Positions 11,001 to 23,734 are shown, numbered from the whole stretch's first letter. The stretch: DNA of 63,298 nt, filler included, from Asterionella formosa (GCA_002256025.1; 15 parts of 15 records of this genome joined end to end with filler, not necessarily neighbours in it), one strand, 5' to 3'. The notes: generated by a model not told the origin, from the letters alone. A program made the numbers and translations.

Positions 11001-12883
11001 AGACTCAGTTGACAATTGTGCTTCTATTCATGAGCATTTCTTCTGGCACGTCTGTAAATAAAAAACCGTTAGGCCTAACAGTTTTGCTGTAAGACCCACT
11101 GCCCCAAAAATTCTCAGTATGATGTACCATTTTTTGATTGATCATACAAAAAACTGAATGATTGATTAATATTGTTGCATTGATCTTACGTATAATTAGC
11201 ATAGATCACATGCATATTATGTAATATCTAATCGATTGCATTTGTAACATTGCTAACTAAGCACCTTTTAGTATACACTCATCATATATATATATCAATG
11301 AGTTTCAAATCAATAGATCATAAGATATGCTTATGATCAATGCAGCACTCTAACTCTTATCATCAACTAACGTTTTGGTGTTCGATCTAAAAATTGGCGG
11401 ATTGCATCTGGAATGGTGTTGAAGAAGTTTCTCATAGAGGAACCGATTTCCTATCTGTAAGAAGTGCTAAGGAAAGAAAAGAGTACTTTGACCCTATGTT
11501 TGGAGGAATGTGCAATAAACGTATTCATTACTTCCAATTGACATTGAACCCTTTCATTTGTTCAGTTTTGAGTAAGTTTATTGGATTCCTTATTGTGTGT
11601 TTTTTGATTATATTTGTTTGCTTATTCTCTTCTCTTTTTTAGTTGAGGTAACCGAAACCAACTTGACGGAGTATAATATATCCGATTTTATTTTTTGGGT
11701 TACTTCTCTGTACTAGTTTGTTCACCTGGACACTTGTGATCGTTCCTCCGAGTTCTACTGGGCTTTCCTCCTATTATTAGCTCCTATCAGCTTCTTCCAA
11801 ACAGGAATCAAGAGTCACGATCCTTAATTACTGTGCCCAGTAAGATCATTCAAGCACAGGCTCAGCAAGCAAGGAAAGTGTCTTCTTGATGGCACCCATG
11901 TTGGTGATTCCATTCATCCCAGCACAGAGGCATATACCTTCCTGAGTGTTCGCGGTAAATTTCTAGTAAACAGCACCCTGAAAATTTTTCAGTATCTGGA
12001 TGAAGTTACTGATATTCCTGAACAGTTCCTTAACTTTTGAAGAAATTGTTTTGATTGGCGGATCTGCAAAGGGACGCAATAACCTGAATGGAAACAGTTC
12101 ATGCCAAGTCAATGGTTTGAAGTTTTGCTGGAATGATGAAACACTGAAGTACCACAGAGAGCTTCTTGTTGATATTGAACAACAAAACGCAATTGAAAAG
12201 GAACGAGTATCAAACAGTGAGGAAAAGCCTGACATTGAAGGTAGGCAAGATTTGTTTCGTCTTCAAGAGTTGACAACGCATGACTGGGATAATTACAATC
12301 AAGAACATAGAAAGTTTGTAAGGAATGATCCCCCATACATCCAACATAGTAAATTCTACCAACCTCCTTGACTTTGAAGAAGAGGATGAGGAACTTTGTC
12401 AATAGCTAGTAGGTGGCGGTCATTCAAACACTTTACAATATAAAAAGATGTTATCTAATAAATAGTAATTAATAGCGTTCAATTACATATAAACATTCCT
12501 TATGTGAATCTTCAATCAAAAATTTCATAAATTAGTCCATCCTGTTCCATCATTATGTTGCACTAAGAACGACAAAAACTTTTGACTACAGTGCCTCCAA
12601 CCAAAAACCAGAAATTGAACAAGAACTTAGATGGTATGAATGGCTGAAGTCACTTAGAAAAGATGTCGAAAGTAGTATGAGCATAAACTTAGTTAGATTA
12701 CTAGGCACCAACATCTATGAATAAAATTTCCACATTCCCATCTTTTATAATGATTTATCCTTCTTACAGGATAAATCACTTATCTCCTTGACCTGATCAA
12801 TTACTGTCCCAGTGACTGCAACAGTTTCGGAAATATTAGTAAGTAGTCATAAATTACATCCAGACTGGCAACCATGTCCTGTT

Positions 12884-13414
12884 TCAATATTTCCAACTCC
12901 TTACTGGATAAATGGGACAAATCACTTTCCTCCTTGACCTGCTTTTAAAATTTACTTTCCCAATCACTCCTAAAATTTCGGAACTCTTTTCGATAGACTC
13001 AATTAGACGCTCTGAGGAAGTAGAAACAAGATCTACCATGGGCATACAAGCAACACAATCTTTACTTCTTGGAATGGTATTAGGAGAAGATGAACTGGCA
13101 TCAACTATTTTGTTTTTACTCGCCTGTGTCAATGCATAAACGGAGAATACATGACGTCGGTGATCTATATTTGGAATGACAGGTATGACGAATTCCATCG
13201 GCTTGTCAGGAAAAAAAGTTTTCCAATTTTGGCGATGCTTCTCAAATGTAGCCGTTATGGTGCACAGAAGCTTGTTCCTCTTTTCTTCTGTATCAATAGT
13301 ACCAGCACCAACAATATCAGTAAAAATACAGGGATCATTTGAAACGCCCCAATAACGGAGAAGTTTATCAACATCATTGGACTCACTTCGACAACAATTG
13401 TTGCTGTACGACAT
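12884..13414 (-). CDS. Hypothetical 176-aa ORF of a repeated family, possibly TE-associated or a pseudogene
   Basis: Shares ESNDVD(K/E)LLRYWGVSNDP and ME(F/L)VIPVIP with 61227-61440 on another contig. Confidence 0.5.
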   Translation of the reverse strand: MSYSNNCCRSESNDVDKLLRYWGVSNDPCIFTDIVGAGTIDTEEKRNKLLCTITATFEKHRQNWKTFFPDKPMEFVIPVIPNIDHRRHVFSVYALTQASKNKIVDASSSSPNTIPRSKDCVACMPMVDLVSTSSERLIESIEKSSEILGVIGKVNFKSRSRRKVICPIYPVRSWKY

Positions 13415-14414
13415 TGAAATCAGCTATTGAATGAATAAAGGTTCTGGTGCCCTCATAAATATTTTACACTTCTTTGGAGTGACGAGAACATATGTGTGGG
13501 ACAAGCTACACTAGTATGTATATGTAACTTTGTGGAAAGTATATGTGTGGCAATGGGGTTAGGCTGCTGTTCTATATAGTGCGTGCCTCTGATGTTGCCG
13601 ATAAAGAGATTTCTTAGAACAATGGGATAGTACAATGCTATTAAGCAAAGTTACGGTTGTTATTTCGAACCCCCTGCTATTCAAGATTCACATGGTGCTA
13701 CTATTTCCTGAATGAAATGAAGCTACTTCCTGATTAGTGATGTTGCGGCGGCTCTAATTCTGCAGCATACAAACGTGCTCGCCAATAGCTAGTCAATGAG
13801 AACAATGGAAGACCCATAATTCAAGCCATGAGCAACAAATGCGCTGCCATCTGGTCCATCTTCACTTTGATCCACATCTCATCTTGAAGAACAGATTCGA
13901 AATACGCAATTTGTGTATTATGATCAAAAAGTTCTATCTTCTTCATTTCGGTTGGAATTGGAATCGGGTATGCCTTCAATGCATCATTCTCCAATTCCGT
14001 CGAATAAATTGACCAAAGCTTTTGATTTCGAGTAACAAACAAACAATCAAACTTCGCCAGCATAATTCCCCATCAATATCGAGACCATATCATTCGTTAT
14101 AAGACTGAGATCATCATTGTCCCTGCAAGAAGGTAGCTCGCAAGGGATTCAACGAATGCACATAGCTTGTAAGAAATTCGATTACTGATATGCGAATGGA
14201 GAGATAATGACGAATACTACTGGTACAAGAATTGGATCAAAGCATGTACAGATAGAGCATTCAAATCGGAATGGCAACAAGGAACGCACAGTTGTTGCAC
14301 AGAATTCATTCTGATAGCATCGTTGGGTACAAGGTTTACATACACGTAAGGTGATCTGTGTAAAGTCATAACCTTTGCTATAACAATAATTGATCAAAGA
14401 GCAACAGCTATTGA

Positions 14415-14775
14415 TCAATCAAACAACATATCAATATATCAAAACATTTTGTTAGAAGATTCAATTTGATAACTAATATATATGACTTCTATCTATGCAT
14501 AACCTGACATGTGTAAGAAAGTAATCTGACAAACAAATTTAATTGACCACACCGGCACAGTCATTGATACATCAAATTTATCATTAACATAACAAAACAT
14601 TTGATCAATATATCAACAATTTGGATTAACCAATTAGTTCTGGTAACTAATACATACGAGTTCTTATACATACATAACCTAACGTGTGCATGCTAATATC
14701 CTGACATACAAATTTGATTGATCATACAGACACTGCCGTTGATATATCAAAATTATCATCAACATGTCAAAACGT
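14415..14775. repeat. Imperfect tandem duplication, unit about 175 bp
   Basis: TAACTAATA...CATAACCT...CAAATTT.ATTGA...TTGATA.ATCAAA.TTATCAT.AACAT recurs at about 14470 and 14644. Confidence 0.75.
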
Positions 14776-16539
14776 ATACTGAGTAAAACTTTAGATCTAA
14801 TGGAAAATCTATTCACAGATGCAGCCCATTCCTATCCTTCGCTTCTGCTATGATCATCGCAAGTGTTCCATTTTTTACTCGCCTGCTGGCATCTTTGAAA
14901 TTTTCTTGAGCAATTCCCGCTCCAGCTATTGTCTTGCCATTCGGGTCCTTCTAAGTAATTTTTAGGCTTAAAGTAATTTCTTAAGTAATCTATATTTTAG
15001 GGCGATATGGGGCTCATCGAATTTTTCGGCAATAAAATTGCCAATTTAAGCATGACAACTAGAATAGCGGTAATATGCATAGAGATCATGGTACAACAAG
15101 CGTAAAACACACGAGAATGATTGTTACATGCAACATCAATGAAAATTGAACAAGATGTTTGGAACAACCAAAGTATGAAATGCGATGTAATAAGTAGTAG
15201 CATCAAATGAGAAATAGATAAAATTGTTTTGGGTTAGAAATGAAATAAAAAAAGAGTTTCAATGGAGACGTATGCATTGTGAATCATTGTAGTGGTACTT
15301 ACACAGGCATCATTGACTTTCCATCACCACACAATCGAAGACCGAAAGAAGAAGAAAAAAAGCTGAACCCAATGTAGACCTGCATCGTTATGTAGCGTAA
15401 ATGGTCTGGTTGCTGCAACCATGCGCATCGCTGTAGTAGCCTGACACCAGTAGCAGTATTTTCGCCACAGTCATTCCTCTCCGCCCACCAAACAAGCAAC
15501 CCTGATCATTCCATTCTGAGCAAGCATGATTGCCACGCTGCTCCAGCACTATTGACTCTTTCTAGCTGAGTATTCATGTAGCTTCTGATACAAACTCGTA
15601 GTAGAAATGTAGCAAAGCGCGTTAGTACAAGAAAAGCATTGCTTGGTGGCAATATTGACATCGCTCATTGTCAACGACTATGCAAATCAACAAATACAAT
15701 CAACAACGGCACAATACCACATCTTAAATGATTAGTCATTGAAAAATGCATTAGTTCTTATGTAGATATATACAATCGAAACAAAACGACAGTGCATGAA
15801 GCGATCAAAACAAACCACGGAAGCAATCAAATCGGAAAGTCGATAAATATGATCTACAATCCACATTCAGTGTTTCACTGTTGTAATCACCAATCCGCTT
15901 CAACTAGCATAACAAGCAGCAGACGATGGGATCAAAGAAAGACAAACGTTGCCTATTGCAAGCCAAAATAGAGCAAAGGCAGGCAAGATTGAGTGAGAAC
16001 TAAATTTGTGAGGACGAAATCATGCATTCGGTATGTAAAATCAATGAATATGTTAACGATATAATTCAACATTTCAGGTCTCTTAAAAATAATACCGAGT
16101 CTACAGAGATAACTTTATAACGTGTTCAAAGTAAGCGTTAAAGTATAGCTTAAACCATGCATGGTTGTTTTTAGTACCACGTACGTATGTAGACTAGATG
16201 ACTACCGGTACCAGTAGAATATCCGTTAAGCATCATCACATACATGACCGGAGCAAAAACTTGCTACCAACATCAGATGTATCGATATCACCGTTTGTCC
16301 AACGAAATATAGATGATGCGACTACATGAATGCCTCGAGAAGACAAGCAATCCAACAATCAACCGCATCCGTTAGGCAAAGATTCGCTACTGCTGGCGTC
16401 ATTGCGGAACTGATTTCGCTTCAAACCGGTCATGATGGACGACGACTGGCATGGTGAAAGGTGAATTGCCGAAGTCCACTTTTCAGGAGACGAACAATAG
16501 GTGAATTCTGCATATAAATTATTAAAATCTGTATAGTAT

Positions 16540-16639
16540 NNNNNNNNNNNNNNNNNNNNNNNNNNNNNNNNNNNNNNNNNNNNTTAATTAATTAANNNNN
16601 NNNNNNNNNNNNNNNNNNNNNNNNNNNNNNNNNNNNNNN
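16540..16639. other. Artificial contig spacer N44-TTAATTAATTAA-N44 (first of 14)
   Basis: Identical 100-nt spacers also start at 33150, 49756, 50885, 52014, 53143, 54272, 55401, 56530, 57659, 58787, 59915, 61043 and 62171. The 12-mer puts stops in all six frames. Confidence 0.99.
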
Positions 16640-16689
16640 AACCATTATCATAGTCATCGGCATCAAAACAAACTGTTTGAACGAAATCA

Positions 16690-17076
16690 ATTGAACTTTC
16701 AAATGAATTATTTGAAACATCAACTAATTCAGTCTCGCGTTCAAAATTCATTGTGAAAACTTCACATGAAACCGTTAAAAGTAACCTTTTTTACGTGAAG
16801 AGTGGCATTAATGCATGTGAAGTACCACATAATTAACAATCGTACGTAGACGAAATTTCGAAAAGTCAAATGAATTATTTGAAACATCAACTAATTCAGT
16901 CTCGCGTTCAAAATTCATTGTGAAAACTTCACATGAAACAGTTAAAACTTCACATGAAACCGTTAAAAGTAATCTTTTTTACGTGAAGAGTGGCATTAAT
17001 GCATGTGAAGTACCACATAATTAACACTCATACGTAGACGAAATTTCGAAAAGTGGCGTATTTCGCGTCTTAGATG
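16690..17076 (-). mobile_element. Second copy of the left end of the 6870-9736 transposon family, with an internal tandem duplication
   Basis: Reverse complement of 6870-7070, ending ...GGCGTATTTCGCGTCTTAGATG at 17076. The subterminal block occurs twice (starts 16700 and 16867, period 167). Confidence 0.88.
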
Positions 17077-17087
17077 TGACAAACCAT

Positions 17088-17402
17088 ATCTTGATTCTGC
17101 CCTTTTCTCCACATTCACTCCTTGTTCTTAGCCGCAATGTGTAGCATTGTGTTGTATCATCACCCTAACAGTTTTTCGCATCATGTTTTGTGATCCTTCA
17201 TTTCAGCAAAGGGATGCATGACAAGGAACATGAAGGGCATTTTCTCTTGACTTACCATTGCTTGATTTCTACCTTCTCCATATTCACTCCTTCCTAGTAG
17301 CCACAAGTTGTATCATTGTGTTGTATTATCACTTCAGTTTTCTTTGGCATGTGTGATGATCTTTCATTTCAGGAAGTGTATGCATGGCAAGGAACAGGAA
17401 AA
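17088..17402. repeat. Imperfect tandem duplication, unit about 170 bp
   Basis: TTCTCCA.ATTCACTCCTT...CATTGTGTTGTAT...TTCATTTCAG...ATGCATG.CAAGGAACA occurs at about 17105 and 17274. Confidence 0.8.
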
Positions 17403-19159
17403 CATGATTTCAAATGTTTCAGCCATGTACTATACGTATATAAAAATTTTGTAAAATTTAAAAAGCATATTTAGTTGAATATTTGCATAGTTCAAAGACA
17501 CTTATTATATGGCTAATCCTGTAAATACTATCATTAATTTTGATTATACATAATTCAAACATATACAATGTATGATGAGTTCATAGTTTTCCACAACCTG
17601 ATGTACTGTTTTTCAATTTTTTTTCGTGTCAATTCTTGTACTTACAAGTCAGAGATTTAATTAAGCCCCTTAATTAACAGGAGTCATCACTCATTTTGAT
17701 ATTATGAAAATGTGTATGTGATCAATCATACATATATTTATGATCAAACAAGCAAAAAGTTATTGATCAATAACTTTTTATGTATGATAAATAAAAACAT
17801 GTACTTCATACTGCAATAATTTTGGGGCAAATGATAATAAAGCAAAATTGTTAGGGCTAAAGATTTTTTCATTCAAAGTCATTTTCTTAACTCTTCTTAC
17901 TCCGGTTTTACATTTGTCTCCTTTCATCTCTTACTTCAGTTTTAAATTTGCTTGCTTGCTCGTTTGCTCTTTCTTTCCATTGGTCCTAGTACCAAAAGGA
18001 GATGTCGATCCATTTACAATTCATTTTTTTATCCTAATCATAGTTACAATGATAAGCAGTGAGTTGTTGGCTATATTTTGCTTGTTGGAAATCATGATGA
18101 AACTCTGGGATTGATATTTGATGCATACAGTTTGTCACCTGCTGTAGTAGCAAATTCCTGAATGGCCCCACTCATTATCAAACAATTTGTGAACAACTTC
18201 ATGAGAAGAAGAAAATTTCAGGTGCTGGGCCATCTTAATCAGCAACATCAGCAAATCCAGCTGGAAAGGCAACATTTTCAGCATCATTACTAACTGTTCC
18301 AGTAGTAGTATGATTGATGAGCTCTGGAGGTCTTGGCACCTCTTCACCTTCTACTGCCTCCTCTAGTATATAAACTCCTTCTATATAGTAAAATCACCTT
18401 CAGAAATGATCTTTATTTGATTTTTAAGAGCATATCTGCTCAGTCAGCATATTAGCATCATGCACAGTCCTGTGAGCTGGTGTGGTGACAACAATGGCCA
18501 CCACCTCAGACTTTGCCCCTGATTTCTTTAGCACCATCTGCAGAACTGTCATTCTTTCAAATCGGTGAAACTTTTCAATATTCACATGAAAATTTCGGTC
18601 CCGCACTGATGGGTGAATGTATTTAGACAGTCATGAAACAATGGCACATTTGTCCATTGTCAATTTTCGTTGCCATCTGCATAGATAAATTTGAGATGAT
18701 TTTGGCTGGCAAACTTCTCATGTATCTGAATCTTTTTTAACCTAGAAACCAAGTGCCATTCATACTTCCAGAAACCTAGAGTTTTGTAGCTGTAGATTAA
18801 CTTTTCAGAATGAAATATCCGATGAATTGAACAAGGGGCAGTAAATACAGACTGAATCAAGTCCACTAGACTGAATTCAGTCTAGCCGAAAAGAAGCCGA
18901 ATCAAAAATATAGGGAATAATTCATTTTTTCAACCAAGTCATTTCTAGTTTGTGGCAAGGAATGGATGCTGGAAGACATGTACTCTTGAAAGAGATATTG
19001 GATGAACAGGACTTATTGGAAGTTTTTTAGGTAACTGACAAGGTTTCGGTTATGTTCAACGGTTAGCTTGAAGAGCACTTTTCTTTGCACTATTAATTAT
19101 TATTTACAAAACTTCTCCGGAAGCGGAAACAGAAATTCAGTGTGCTTACCCAAAGGAAA

Positions 19160-22100
19160 ATGCCGCGACCATCATCACACGAGAGGGAGGATGACCTCCT
19201 CCAGTTGTTCCGGCGCTGGATACATTCTCTATCCGTCGAAGAGCTCTTGAAAGCAATGGAATTCGAATTTATACGAGGAAATGACGGGAGATCAGATGAC
19301 TACAATCTGTTGAAGCAAATGGTGGAGACACAAGCACCGCCTCCTACCCCAATTCATGCAAGAGCCATGGGATTCCATCCGGCATTTTGCAGCAGGATTA
19401 CCACCATCAGCGACGGAAGGGACGAGGAGCGTCGGATATTACGAGAACGGCTCCAAAAACCAAGGCTGTTCAAGTTCATAGAGCTAGTATATAATGCAGG
19501 GCGAAGCACTTTGCAACGAAAGACCGCTCGAATGAGGCAAACGATGAAGCAAAAGAAATATGACGTGATTGCGAGGAAGTTTGTAACACCATCAGGGGAG
19601 GTTTTGAGTTTGGGATGCACTAGTGATCAGCGGGAATCAGACGAGGCGATCGTGCTACGAACTCGGCTTTACATTGGTGCTGACGGACAAATTGTACGAG
19701 GCTCCTTTTCATCAGGGAACAATGACGATAAGAAGAAAATACTTAATCATCTTCGTATTGCATCGCGAGGGGCATTCCTGACAACTGTAGTGGGAAAAAG
19801 TGACAAAGAATCATTTTTCTCACCATGGTTGAACCCGACGGAGAATTTCTTTTCCCTGTCGAAGTACATTGCTAGTCGCCTAGAAGTTGCCCTTTGGTCT
19901 TCCTTTCGGGGCATTGTTATGAAAAATTCAGCACTTACGCTACAGGATGCCGCAAGTAAGCTTTCCCAAGACGCGATAAAATTGGCATGGTGCAAGGCCA
20001 TTGTAAGGGCATTGTCAGCGAACATTTTCCCGTCGGATGCCAAGTTGTCCAACGTGAGGGATGGTCTGATATGGCGATTAATTATAAAAGAAGGAACAAA
20101 TCTTTCCTTTTGTTCAGTCAAGGAAATCCCCCCAAAATGCGCCGACTTTATCAAATTGATTGACCTAGGGACTGTCAATGATGAATTGACGCGGAAGGTC
20201 CTGCCGTTGGTTCAAGAAGAAATGTCACTTCAAATTGAGCGTGAGTTAGTAAATGGATGTTCAGATTTTGATATCAGGAAAACAAAAATAATAAGAAATA
20301 TGAAATTAAAGAAAAAGAGGAGACGACGAGAAAATCAGTCTCAGAAACTATTCGTAGCAGAGTCGTTGGCACAACAGCATCCTCCGGACGAAAGTTTTGG
20401 CAACGAATGCGCAGACGTCGATCTCATTATCCGTTTCGACGAGAAAGGTCCTTCGGCAGATAAAACTAGGAAAACGTTAATCGCTCTATCCATTATTGAA
20501 GAATGCATTGAAAGAGCAATTCAGGAAGTTGGCGTTCCTACAGAAGTCAAAGAATCGGAAGGTGATGTGCATCAAGGCGAGGACAAGATTCTCAAACAGA
20601 ATCGAGAAACAGTTATACCAATAAGCTCCGATATTCTGCACCAAGCTATCAAAGCAGCAGATTCTCCTGTCCCTTTAATCCAAAATCAAATACCGAAGTG
20701 GCCGACGCCAATCGAGGGGAAGACTGAGGCTACGTTTCAAGGCACCAACGTAGACTTGTTTTCATTCCTGGGTAAGAGTCAAGTGAGCTCGATAACAGTT
20801 CCTAATGAAATGCAAACGGATAATATGGAAGCCGAGTTTTTCAATTCTTCGATTCCAAGTGGAATGACATGGAATTTCGACGGAACGTTTGACGAGTTTG
20901 ACCGAAGCAAAGGTAATCAAGGCCGCGAAAAGAGCATATTTGCGGAGTTCTTTATGAAAGGCGAACATCCTAGGACTTGCGACGAACGAAACGAGGCGTC
21001 TTCTACTGCAGCGTCGATAGCGTCGTCGACTGATATAGACAAAAGCGATAACGATGACGACGCTAGCCTTCCGCTCGAAGGAGGTGTTCCAGTCCATATC
21101 GGGCCTGTCCCTGCAATTCAGGTGTTGATTGACAAGATGAAGGCACAAATAACAGAGGTTAATGACTCAGAAATAGCGAAGGTCCCCCTCAATTTTTCTC
21201 CCGAATCTTTAATCGATGAGAGAAGTGAAGCATCCTTAAATATTGAAAAATCAACGAACGATGGAGAAAGGACTATTGAAATAAATTCGCCTACGACATC
21301 AACTCCGTCCCTAGAAGCACCCAGAACGCCGTCACCTCTGTGCTCTCCAATTTTAGTTTCACTTGAAGATCTCAAACAGCTTCGAGAACAAACTCGTTCG
21401 ATCGACATTATTGCAGTAAACGAAAGATTGAGCCCTCGCCGCAGAACTCACAATGCAGCTATATCAGGTAGTCTACCGAGCTCTCCAACCCCGATTTCAG
21501 TGAACCCGCCCCTTATGTTTACTCCCTGTCATTCACGAGACGATTTACAAGTTCCTGCAATAACAGAAGATCATCATTTGAAGTCGAGAAATAGAATTTT
21601 ACCCAGATATGCAGACGCCCTCTTGTCCTATAAGAATCCATTGATCACCCGATCGACCCCGCGGCCTCATATTCCTCAGAAAGCAATGTCGGACCTTGGA
21701 ATTTCTGAGTTCCCGCGCCATTCTACAGTTGTTACGATCCAGCCGGATTTCGGCTCTCGTACACACAACCAGGACAGCCAATGCGCCAAAAGCGAGACTG
21801 CGATTGAAACTTATATGGAAGATCTGCACTGGATCGAATCCCCAGAGTCTCCTCGAAAGGTCGAAGTTGACAATGTCACCGCAACAAAGGAAGGTTCCAT
21901 GTCAATTATTTCCAAACGCGAAATTGAGGATAATGTGCTCCTGGAAGAAAGAAATACTTTTCGAGATTTGTGTTTGACACTAGGCGCTGAAGTCGCAAAA
22001 TTGAAGAACTTGTTAGCCGCCCAGCAAGGTGGCCTGTTATATCATGGAATGGGCTACACTTCTGGACCACAAGATGTTATGCAGAACTCATCGTACGATC

Positions 22101-23734
22101 GCGCAATCCCCCCAACGTTCTTCAATGGTATCTCTAGGGCTACAGCAAATGTCGGTGCAATGAGCGACGCTGGTGTACACAGAAGTGATCTAGATGCAGC
22201 TCTCAGTGATGATGGAACTGATGCTGTTACAAGTCAGGACATACCACGCCGGCCTCAAGCAATTCACGTTCGCAGAGTGTCATCTGGTGGTACAATATCT
22301 GGATCAGATATTTCGGTTGACCAACCAGTCCCCAAAAATACGTCACGCCCACATGGATCTCAACCCTTGAATAGGGACGCGTTTGGTTCGTTTCCAGTGC
22401 ACGGAATGCAGTCCAGGTTGACACGAGATATTGTGAATTTCTTGAACTCAACTTCTTTGCAGCTACGCAACCAAGATACCCGACGTCAGGCTGCCATTGA
22501 AAGGCTTTCTCGGCTCGTGAATGCACTTTGGCCTCGAGCCCAAGTCAAGCTTTATGGAAGTCACGTAACTGGATTGAGTTTGCCTTCATCCGATCTAGAC
22601 TTCGTTGTTTGTTTACCAGCAGTGCACAAGAATGCCCCCGCTGTGGCTCCCGGAGTGCTTGAGGGAAGGAATGCTATCAATGAATCATCTCAGAAACTCC
22701 TCTCACGAAAACTAAAGGGAGAATCATGGATTGACCCCAGGTCAATTAAGATAATCGATCGCACTGTCGTGCCTGTTATCAAGGTCTCTACAAAGGACAC
22801 GCGATCGCGAATGCTACAACTTGACATCAGCTTTGCTGGTCCAGAACATCACGGGCTCGAAGCCATCGAAATGATCACGGAAATCACACATGAACTACCA
22901 ATGGTCCGCCCTCTTGTTTTGGTGTTGAAACAATTTCTTTTTGACCGTGGCCTACTGACGGCGTACACAGGTGGATTATCAAGCTACTGCTTATTTCTCA
23001 TGGTTACTCGGTATCTGCAGGAACAGTCGACATCATGGGATGACTGCGGCTCATTACTGATGGGTTTTCTTGATTTTTATGGAAACTCGTTTGACCCCAG
23101 GGCAACTGGACTTTCTGTACGGCGACGGCAATATTTTGCAAGGACAATTTTCGCCCGCCAATACCAACACGAGCAACCTTTGTGGACCGCAAGTCACCAG
23201 CCGCATCATGCTCCCTCGCCACTTCAGGTTATAAGTGGGAGTAGACCCGATTTCTTAAGACGACATAGCTTCAGCGACAAAGGTGATGTCGATGCCAATG
23301 CAGGCGTAGATGCAACGCGATCCGTTCCTGCCAACTTTCACGGCACTAACGGGGGAGATGCAAGCAGATCTGTTCATGCCATGCGACCGCCCCGCTATCA
23401 GGCTCCTTATCGACACTCAGCGCATTTCCCGCCGCCACCGGGCCAAGGACACCACAACAACGCAGCTCATGCGTCAGCGCGGCCCTATACGTTTGATCCT
23501 CTCTTTGTCGAAGACCCGTTGTCCATGGGTAACAATGTGGGGAGAAATGCCTTTCGTATCTTTCAAGTTCAACGAGCTTTTTCTGATGCTCACCGTGCAC
23601 TCTTGGCTAGTCTGGAATGGGACCATTACTCCACACACGATTTCAATGATGACACAGGCGATTACCCGTTATTGAAATGTCTACTACAAAGTGAAGACGT
23701 CTTTTATGATATTGAAGATATACCTCCCCGATAA
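19160..23734 (+). CDS. TRF4/PAPD5-like non-canonical poly(A) polymerase with long N-terminal extension
   Basis: Pol-beta NTase motif LYGSHVTGLSLPSSDLD, VPVIK, LDISF, GGLSSYCL, PAP-associated LFVEDPL..GNNVGR. Basic NLS-like KKKRRRR. First ATG is at 19160. Confidence 0.9.
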   Translation: MPRPSSHEREDDLLQLFRRWIHSLSVEELLKAMEFEFIRGNDGRSDDYNLLKQMVETQAPPPTPIHARAMGFHPAFCSRITTISDGRDEERRILRERLQKPRLFKFIELVYNAGRSTLQRKTARMRQTMKQKKYDVIARKFVTPSGEVLSLGCTSDQRESDEAIVLRTRLYIGADGQIVRGSFSSGNNDDKKKILNHLRIASRGAFLTTVVGKSDKESFFSPWLNPTENFFSLSKYIASRLEVALWSSFRGIVMKNSALTLQDAASKLSQDAIKLAWCKAIVRALSANIFPSDAKLSNVRDGLIWRLIIKEGTNLSFCSVKEIPPKCADFIKLIDLGTVNDELTRKVLPLVQEEMSLQIERELVNGCSDFDIRKTKIIRNMKLKKKRRRRENQSQKLFVAESLAQQHPPDESFGNECADVDLIIRFDEKGPSADKTRKTLIALSIIEECIERAIQEVGVPTEVKESEGDVHQGEDKILKQNRETVIPISSDILHQAIKAADSPVPLIQNQIPKWPTPIEGKTEATFQGTNVDLFSFLGKSQVSSITVPNEMQTDNMEAEFFNSSIPSGMTWNFDGTFDEFDRSKGNQGREKSIFAEFFMKGEHPRTCDERNEASSTAASIASSTDIDKSDNDDDASLPLEGGVPVHIGPVPAIQVLIDKMKAQITEVNDSEIAKVPLNFSPESLIDERSEASLNIEKSTNDGERTIEINSPTTSTPSLEAPRTPSPLCSPILVSLEDLKQLREQTRSIDIIAVNERLSPRRRTHNAAISGSLPSSPTPISVNPPLMFTPCHSRDDLQVPAITEDHHLKSRNRILPRYADALLSYKNPLITRSTPRPHIPQKAMSDLGISEFPRHSTVVTIQPDFGSRTHNQDSQCAKSETAIETYMEDLHWIESPESPRKVEVDNVTATKEGSMSIISKREIEDNVLLEERNTFRDLCLTLGAEVAKLKNLLAAQQGGLLYHGMGYTSGPQDVMQNSSYDRAIPPTFFNGISRATANVGAMSDAGVHRSDLDAALSDDGTDAVTSQDIPRRPQAIHVRRVSSGGTISGSDISVDQPVPKNTSRPHGSQPLNRDAFGSFPVHGMQSRLTRDIVNFLNSTSLQLRNQDTRRQAAIERLSRLVNALWPRAQVKLYGSHVTGLSLPSSDLDFVVCLPAVHKNAPAVAPGVLEGRNAINESSQKLLSRKLKGESWIDPRSIKIIDRTVVPVIKVSTKDTRSRMLQLDISFAGPEHHGLEAIEMITEITHELPMVRPLVLVLKQFLFDRGLLTAYTGGLSSYCLFLMVTRYLQEQSTSWDDCGSLLMGFLDFYGNSFDPRATGLSVRRRQYFARTIFARQYQHEQPLWTASHQPHHAPSPLQVISGSRPDFLRRHSFSDKGDVDANAGVDATRSVPANFHGTNGGDASRSVHAMRPPRYQAPYRHSAHFPPPPGQGHHNNAAHASARPYTFDPLFVEDPLSMGNNVGRNAFRIFQVQRAFSDAHRALLASLEWDHYSTHDFNDDTGDYPLLKCLLQSEDVFYDIEDIPPR

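Noticed and set aside
16584..16595. TTAATTAATTAA as a biological motif, and ORFs ending in X...LIN
   Set aside because: Synthetic all-frame stop linker inside the N spacers.
6870..17076. A single 10-kb element bounded by ~200-bp inverted repeats
   Set aside because: The two copies lie on different contigs across an artificial spacer. The left end already has its own partner TIR and TSD at 9717-9738.
17090..17400. Ankyrin-like peptide (YNTMLHIAAKNK) on the minus strand of the tandem repeat
   Set aside because: One short match flanked by stops, and not preserved in the second unit.
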